NCBI GenBank assembly: GCA_004764695.1
Contig: SMSO01000031.1
Location: 658,436-722,435 of the forward strand
Length of the DNA stretch: 64,000 nt
Direction of reading: 5' to 3'
Origin: Schizochytrium sp. TIO01
Taxonomy: Eukaryota > Protista > Bigyra: Labyrinthulomycetes
Position 1 is the first letter of the stretch, and every line of letters starts with the position of its first letter. Shown here one piece after another: positions 56,527-64,000 of this stretch. Both the position numbers and the translations under genes were made by a program. The notes below the pieces were generated by a model. The model made no database searches. It had not been told where the DNA came from and worked only from the letters and a program-made list of their open reading frames with translations.

Positions 56527-59500
56527 AAATGCCAATCATAAAGGTCACGTCAATCGCCAAGGCCGCTTGGTCTATGAAGCAGGCGTACTGCCTCAAGTTT
56601 CCATCGTCATCAGAGGCGGCCTGGCCAGCCTCTGGAGCTTGCTCAGAAGCAGGGCATGGTTTGCATTCTACCTGGGTACTAGTCACCTGAAAGCTGCTCG
56701 CACTTTTGATATTCACTCGCTGCCGCTCTTAATCATCGTCTTGCTGGTAACCAAACTTTGCACGCTGCTCTGCGGAGCATAATAGAGAACGAGCGATAGA
56801 TACTCCGAAGTGAAGTTAGAGCGACGATCCAAGCTTAAAGGAACCAAACCACTTCTTCACAGAATGAACTTCGTAAAGGGCTAGAAAGAGCGTGCGCAAG
56901 ATGGAGCCCCGTTATAATGGCAAGGATGAAGAGCGAGAAAAGAAGTACCTAGTGTGATAAAGGAAGGGCAGTCAGACCAAGGCTGAAAGAATTGAAGCGA
57001 GAAGTCCTCTGAAGCCTCTCGCGAATCTTCGTGGATCTCTAATGCGCCAAAAGAATTATAGATAGGGCTGCTTCTTGCCACTCATTGCCCGCCCGTGTTC
57101 TGGGCGGCGGCACGTGCGGCAATTCTATTTTTTATTTTTTTTTTAAAACTAAATTTATTTTAGTCTAAACATAAATTTGAGAACATTTTATTTTTTATTT
57201 TTCTCTCCCCTCCTTTTCAGTAATCAAAGGGAAAAGGAAGATTTAAAATAATGTTATACCTGGAATCTTAAAAAAAATGCTTCGGAAAATGAACAATGGG
57301 TAGAGCAATAGCAGACAGCTCCTAGTTTTATTTTCCCTTCGAGATAATGTTCTTCACAAACACCTGATCGTGTCATACCCTTACACTCAGGCTGTTTCTA
57401 TGTTTATATTTGCATTCATGAAAGAATCCCCTTCGTGTCGTGCTTCGAATTGTCAGAAGTGGTAAATAGCAGGTAGCACCCATCTATTAAACAACTCTAG
57501 TCACAAGAAAGATGAAAGGAAAAACGTATGGGCCATCAGTTGAGAAACTTTTGGGCTAGTTGACTCCAGCACTGGTGAAGAAGCGAGCCCAGCTTAGAGA
57601 CCATAGCTCCTTTTGCTTTTCTGCATACAAATTATACTCTAGCTAATTCATGGGTCCAAGGGCAACTTGCGGAGGCGACCACAACATCGCTCACTTCCTT
57701 TGGACCAAGCTAATGTATTTTGGTGAAACGAAAGCAAATAAGTACCCTATAGCTTCTCAGCACTTTAGAACCTAGGTTCCCTCCTCGTAGTCTGCTTCTT
57801 GTTTTGGTTTTCTGAACCAGAGGGTCAACTTGAAGCTACCTACTCCCAGTCGAAGCTACAAAGAGCTCAACAGATGACTTTCTTGCGTCGAAACCAGGGC
57901 ATCAATGGAATTCTCGCGAGAACTTTCTCAGTCGCGAAGCTCGAATACTGCGAAGACTCCGTCGTTTCTGTGCTCTAGTTACTTAATATTATCAATCCCT
58001 TAATATGGGATAATGGAGCCTCAAAGTTGCCGCTCAAGCTGCGATATTACTGCTATTCTTCTTCTCTGGATAAAAGTAAGCGCCAGACTGTCCAAGCCTT
58101 TACGTTTGAATGCTTAAAGGCGATTACTTTCCAAAATTGTTGCTAATGGTGATGAATCTGAAACATTAGTCAAATAAGTATGGACGTACGTTGTGCCCTT
58201 GAATTGATATCTCATAAGATATACTGACACTCGAAACGTTGGCAATAATATCTTCTCGAAACTAACTCCTTTAACTGACAAGCCACGCTGCTGGCAATGA
58301 ATGTTACCGAGGGAGCTGAATGGTCGGCATGGGTATAGCGGCGATAAATCCTACCAGGGAACTAAATCTATGAAGATATGAAAATTGTTGTCTGGAAATA
58401 TCAGTTTGATTCAACCGTTTATTTTTATTCTATCAATTGTATCCTATTTCTCAATCCAAAATCTTTATTGGTTTATTAGCATTTAACCTTTCATTTTTTA
58501 TAGCTGACAGTTACTCAAAGCTAGTAACTACTACTAGGCATGCTAAATGTTCTATATATTTTATAATTGTTAAAAAATAAAATAATAAATTAACTTACTG
58601 CCTAAGTCATGAATATTTAAACCATAATAAACAAGGGAAATATAATAGATCCCGGTTATCCGACCATTGTGTTCAACACGGTCAGAGAAAGCGAGCCAAA
58701 GCATTTGCAAGAGCTCACCCAATGAAATTACGCTCAATGAAATACTAATCCACGATTGAGAAAAAATAGGCAGCATATGAAAAAGGAACTTGGTAGCGTG
58801 CTCACTTTCAAAAAAGAAGTACGTACGTATCAGTTCAAGATGGTGTCAATTATTTCTTGATCGCAGTGTTTTGAAGAATGTACAAGCTCTTTGAAGCCAA
58901 AAAATAGATCACTGATTAGACCCGCTTACGTTTCCTCTCTCTGCAGTAGGGAAAGGAGCAAGAGTAAGCCTGCAGTAGCTATTCCAGGTCGAGCCAGGTC
59001 TACTCGTCACTAACTCGAACCCACTTACACTAGTCTGAAAACCTCGTGCACATGAAAGACACGCCCCTTCTGCTACTGTAGAGCGTGCTGACAATTGAGT
59101 GGATCTCTAAAGTCGACTTTTGTTCTCCAAAGGACATTCATCAAAGAGTTGAAGGTAGCAGGACTTAACGGTGAGTATTTCACCCATAGGATCTTCGAAG
59201 GGAGAAAACCTGCGGTAAAGCCACTTTGAGCTGCGAAAGAAATGGATTCTGATCGCAAGAAATCGCAGCTGTCTGTATCATTTTGCAACCCAAATGACAA
59301 CTACAATCGATCGTGCTCTCGCATGATCCAATCACCAGTGGACTGAGCCAATTCGCATTTGCGAAACGGAGAAAGAAAATTAAAAAAAAAAAATGTAACG
59401 CGCCAACCTGAGGAATATTTTCGACCCATCATCAAACAATCCTGTCTGCAAGGCGTTCAAATTTCAAGTCTCGCTAAGGTTCTTTGTCAAGTCGACCATA

Positions 59501-60556
59501 AACTTCGCTTTGCTATCGCCTTTGCCCGCCCCCACTTCGGAGCATCTCACTTCGACTGCAAATGCAATTTCCACTCGCAAGACCTAATTCCTGCAAACTT
59601 AAAGCCGCCATGGCGGTGCTGGTACCTAACGCAACGCATTTGATAGTTAGCATCTTCTCCCATTACATTCTTTTAACCTCTCTGCACGCGTCCTCCACTT
59701 GCCAAACTTCCTTAAGGCTGAAAGCATTTTTTTCTGCGGCTGTCGAACTGTGGTAACCTTACAACTTCTTTTTAATCTCATAACATTACACGACTTACTA
59801 ACTACAAATGAAAACGTGCCGCTCCAAGTGGCATTGCAAATTCGCCACGGCAGGGTACAATAAGTACGTGTCAAATCAGCCCTCGCTCTCAGAGACAGCT
59901 TTGGGTATCTAGTTAGAGCTAGGCACTAAACATCAAAGCCCTCGAAGTCCAATCAGATGAGTGCCACTGCAAAAAGGATCTCCGATATCAACTTCAGTTC
60001 TCGCCATGCTACGATGGCTGATTAAATCAGTCCAATGGCAAACAAACCCTTCAAGACTACTCAAACTTTCTGGTTCTCGCTGGATGGCGGGTTCTTCGTC
60101 CTCGGATTGCTCTCGCGACTTGCAGAGCGGGTGCCACTCGGCCTTCGCCGAGTATCCTGAAATCGACGGCTGGTTCTTCACATGGTGACGACAACCTCGC
60201 GAGTTGAAGCGCCGTGCCAGTCAGGTCAGTGGCTTCTTCGAATGAATGCAGACAGTCCACGAATTTGCAACGAACTGGGATAGGCATTCAGGCCAAGATC
60301 TTCGAGCTCCACCATCGTAGCAACAACGTGCGTCGAGCATTACTCAAACTCCGGGGTCTTTCCTCTTCTCTGAGCGCGGTACCAAAAGCGATGCAAGCGA
60401 GCTAAGCTACCTATCGAGACCGAGCCAGGGCCGAGCGGCCAACGCGGCGGCGTGCGAGGGCCCTCAGGCTCTTCTCTCCTGAAGGTTTGGCAGCGCCAGA
60501 GTCGGCCTCAGCGAGGAACTCATGGAGCAATTGAGCCGCCTTCGCCACAAGTTTGT

Positions 60557-60593
60557 TCTGCTCTGCTCTGCTCTGCTCTGCTCTGCTCTGCTC
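60557..60593. repeat. (CTCTG)n microsatellite
   Basis: About 7 visible pentamer units. Confidence 0.9.
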
Positions 60594-60815
60594 GCTTGGC
60601 TCCGCAAGAATTACAAGTCACCATTCATTGCCAGCTTCGCCGCCAACGCCATCATCAGCTCAGTGGCAGGTCGCCAAGGGCGGAGAAGGCCTGCGAGAAA
60701 GGGCGCCGAAGAGCGCAGACAGAATATTTCGCGACGCCTGCGCTGCGTAGATGAAAATGTAAATCGAAATCGTCGCCGCGATGCGGAAAAGCAATAACTT
60801 TAGAGGTGTGCGTAT

Positions 60816-60818
60816 CTC

Positions 60819-60849
<31 letters not shown>

Positions 60850-60887
60850 GTATATGTGTGTGTGAGAGAGAGAGAGAGTGTGTGTGT
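60816..60887. repeat. Compound (CTAT)n/(TG)n/(AG)n microsatellite
   Basis: Adjacent arrays are directly visible. Confidence 0.85.
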
Positions 60888-61027
60888 AAATGTGGGTGTG
60901 CGAAAAGGGATCTCCACATTGGACACGAAGTTATGAAGTTGGGGCTACTTAGTTAGTTTGGATAGTAAGCTGCAAGAGATTAGTTCATGTCAGCGCGTAC
61001 CTCGTGGTTCAGGTTCCTCGCCTAGGC

Positions 61028-61085
61028 GAAGACGAAGACGAAGACGAAGACGACGACGAAGATTAAAAAGAAGACGAAGACGAAG
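61028..61085. repeat. (GAAGAC)n imperfect microsatellite
   Basis: Directly visible. Confidence 0.8.
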
Positions 61086-63112
61086 TTTGATTGGGTCACG
61101 AAGGCATTGCCTCGCTCAGAAAGTTCAAGAGAAAGCTGCTTGGCATGGCGTTTATGCAGAGTCAGAGGGCCAGACTTGGAGAACGAAGAGCCGAGGAAGT
61201 CCTCGTACTGAGGACGTGTTGCAGAAGAGTAGGTGTGGGTCACGCATTCTCCGAGAGCTGCGGAAGAGAGCTCAAGCGCTCGACTTTACTTGGGAGTTGG
61301 CGTGATGGGCAGCATGGGAGCGTTATCTACCTGGGTGCGAAAGCTCTGCGAAGACAATGGTCGCCTCTGTACGAAGGACCTTCTTAATACGGGAGGCTCT
61401 GAGCGAGCGAGAAGGTGATCGCAATTTTGGGTGGAGACTTTTGTGGAGAATAGAGACATGAGTTCGGCGTGCCACAACGATGCAAAGGCCAAGATGCGTC
61501 ACGAAGCAGCCAAAAGTGGATTCGTCAATATCAAAACGGGACCCATTTATTCCAGATCACCGGTACCCCTGGCCTGCTCAGGGTTCTATGGTCTGGTATT
61601 CGTTTCATCCTTCATTTCTAAGATGAAGGAAGCCGATCAGCATATCGAACGTTACATCCTACTCTGACCGACTGCTTTGCATGATAAGTAATGCTGTCCG
61701 TCCTTGAGGTCATACCATATTCATGTGCAAACTAGGTTGCATCGCATCGCCACACGAGAGGTCAACATTCACTGAAGAGGTCCTGTCCAGCTCACGAAGA
61801 ACGATCATTGAAAGGTCATAACTTAGAAGGACAAAAAAAAAAAAAAAAAAAAAAAAAAGAACCAACATTTAATACGTGCTCAGCTGAATTGATTATAACG
61901 TGGGAATTATAGCACGAGCAGACCGAACTGTCAAGCCTTGCACAAAGGATTTAAAATTCCCACGGGGGCACCAGAATTGATTGTCTGACCTCATTGTGAG
62001 CTTCTTGGCTACAGAGCTAAGTGGCCTGATACATGCCGTTAGGGAACAACCTTGCGAAAAGGACTGAGATATTGCATGCTTCCATATAAGCAGCCAGCAT
62101 ACTCAGACTATTCTCATAAATGTCAGCGTAAAGCGAAGAGGAGCAGAAGCATCCCCAACAAAAGAGTTGGATAGTTAAGAATCTAAATGTTTTACAAATC
62201 AGATTAGATATATATTTAAGTTTGAAATGTAGTCGAGGTGCTTCCAAAGTGTCCCGTGGCTAATGCATTTCAGAACCTTTGTAGCGCTGTCAACACATGA
62301 TCTCATGTCTTCGGTAAGGAGTTGTCTCCAGAATTCTCACAAACATATTTGGTCTCATGGGTGGGAATTTATCCTCAAAAGCTTGAAGGAACCGCCACTA
62401 TATTTAAAGACTCTCACATTGATTTCAAACCTGGAGGGAATTATTCGATTGATCTATTCTCAGAATTTTCTCAGAGCCCGTCAATCAGTAAGAAAAAAAA
62501 AACTTTGTACTTTGCAACGCCTCATTTCCTGATCCCTGAAGACACGAAATGAAACAGAAAACAGTGAAATGCCTCTGGCCAGATTGTGAATCTCCAGCAC
62601 CAGAAAATGCCAAATCATTTTTTGGCTCTCCTGCATACATTGTCTAAAGGGGCATTCGATAGAAACTTAATATTTGACATATGCTCAGGACCGAAAAAAA
62701 AAAAATGGTAACTATACAGCGCTAATATTTATAACTACACGTGTAGGGTCCAATACACCTCAAACTTCATGAATAATTATTTCACTAAAATCAAGGCTCG
62801 TCCAAAGTTTTCACAAATTCTCTGCATCGATTTCAGATTATCCTTACTAGCCTCTGGCTTATCTGCACATTCTATCGTAGGATACTCATTGCTATCACAA
62901 AACACAAGATCTTAGATGCTGCTGCTCTCTGCTGATTTTGCTTACACATAACGTCTATCTTTTATTGAAAAAGGGTGGGCAGGAGAGAAAATGAGAATCT
63001 TGTTACTAGATGAAGCAAAATGAATGATGATGATGATAAGAAGTAGGGAGAAGAGTGGATGCCAACAAAAGCGTCAAGTCTATTCTCCTTAAAGAAAGAT
63101 AGGAAAAAAGAG

Positions 63113-64000
63113 TTAAAAACCTTGCGATGATGGCGGCTGTTGCTGCTGTGACGACGCTGATGTCGGTTGTTGGTAACCTTGCGAATAGCCACCTTGTGAA
63201 GAATAACCTTGACCTCCTTGTGGTGGTTGGCCTGCATACCCGGTCGCGCCAGGCGCTTGATACATACGGCGTTGATTCACCTGCAGTTGTTGCTGCGAAA
63301 GCTGTTGGGTGTTGGGCCCTGGAGCTTGCTGGGGGTACATAGGACGGGGACCAGGTCTTGGGTAGCTTCCTTGCTGAGGATGGTGTCCATACTGCCCTTG
63401 GTTTTGCGCGTAAGGAGGTCTTGGGCCTTGTGGAGAGCTCGCTTGCGGGTGCATGCCTTGTTGATACCCAGTGGGAGGTGGCGGCGGACCTGTGCCAGCA
63501 CCGTGCGCAGGATAGTTTCCAGGGCCCCTAGAATCTCCATAGTACCCTGCAGGTTTGTTTGCCATGGGCGCCCCGCGTGGTGAGGGCCCAGGACCGCCAG
63601 GGTGACCACCTGCGGGCCCCCGAGGACCTGAATAGTTACCACCCATGGGAGGACGAGCACCTGCGACGCCGTGCATGGATTGGTAATCTACGGGCTGGGC
63701 ACCAAGGCGAGGGTGCGGCTGCCCAGGCTGTCCAGGCTGTCCAGGCATGCGCGGAATGGGCTGAGGACGTGCTGGACGGCGCATTTGAGGATTCATAGGT
63801 GGACGCAGTGACTCGGGTCCGAATCTATAATCCCAAACCTTGACCATCCAATCTTCACAGCCCGTAACGATACGGCCATCAGGAAGAGGCAGTACGCACA
63901 AGATCCAGTCTTCGTGCTTTTGCAGCTTCGTACACCATTTATCCTCCTCCAGGGACTGCAGACGGTCCAGCATGTGCTCGTCAGAGTCGATGCGACGGAC
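63113..64000 (-). CDS. WD40-repeat protein C-terminus with long Pro/Gly/Gln/Tyr low-complexity tail (5' part outside the window)
   Basis: The frame is open from 64000. It has a WD repeat (LQKHEDWILCVLPLPDGRIVTGCEDWMVKVWD) followed by ~230 aa rich in P/G/Q/Y. Confidence 0.8.
   Translation of the reverse strand, partial: VRRIDSDEHMLDRLQSLEEDKWCTKLQKHEDWILCVLPLPDGRIVTGCEDWMVKVWDYRFGPESLRPPMNPQMRRPARPQPIPRMPGQPGQPGQPHPRLGAQPVDYQSMHGVAGARPPMGGNYSGPRGPAGGHPGGPGPSPRGAPMANKPAGYYGDSRGPGNYPAHGAGTGPPPPPTGYQQGMHPQASSPQGPRPPYAQNQGQYGHHPQQGSYPRPGPRPMYPQQAPGPNTQQLSQQQLQVNQRRMYQAPGATGYAGQPPQGGQGYSSQGGYSQGYQQPTSASSQQQQPPSSQGF

Overview
Eukaryotic nuclear DNA with essentially intronless coding regions. Gene content and style suggest a stramenopile, most likely a thraustochytrid/labyrinthulomycete (inference, not verified). 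The ORF track's GTG/TTG starts are not used, and starts were moved to ATG. There are about 15 protein-coding genes: an ELO-family fatty acid elongase (partial), a DDX11/Chl1 helicase, a large orphan repeat protein, two tandem M20 (PM20D1/CPS1-like) peptidases, a UBIAD1/MenA prenyltransferase, a mitochondrial lipoyl-domain protein with no catalytic domain, a single-chain MPC1-MPC2 pyruvate carrier fusion, CYFIP/Sra1, a GRAB-domain golgin, a small secreted Cys-rich protein, a membrane-anchored V8/trypsin-like protease, a calcineurin-B-like EF-hand protein, a secreted VWA-VWA-PAN/apple-RCC1 protein and a WD40 protein (partial). Four genuine-looking frame breaks in three genes are each repaired by removing one base from a short homopolymer, so they are probably consensus errors. 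Gene-poor stretches (about 4-11.8 kb, 30-35 kb and 54.2-63.1 kb) carry microsatellites and decayed coding-like islands. The most interesting items are the fused 3+1+3 MPC carrier, the nearby truncated E2/E3BP-like lipoyl protein, the adhesin-like VWA/apple/RCC1 mosaic and the conserved CWVC N-terminal module of the M20 pair. No tRNA, rRNA, CRISPR array or intact mobile element was recognised.
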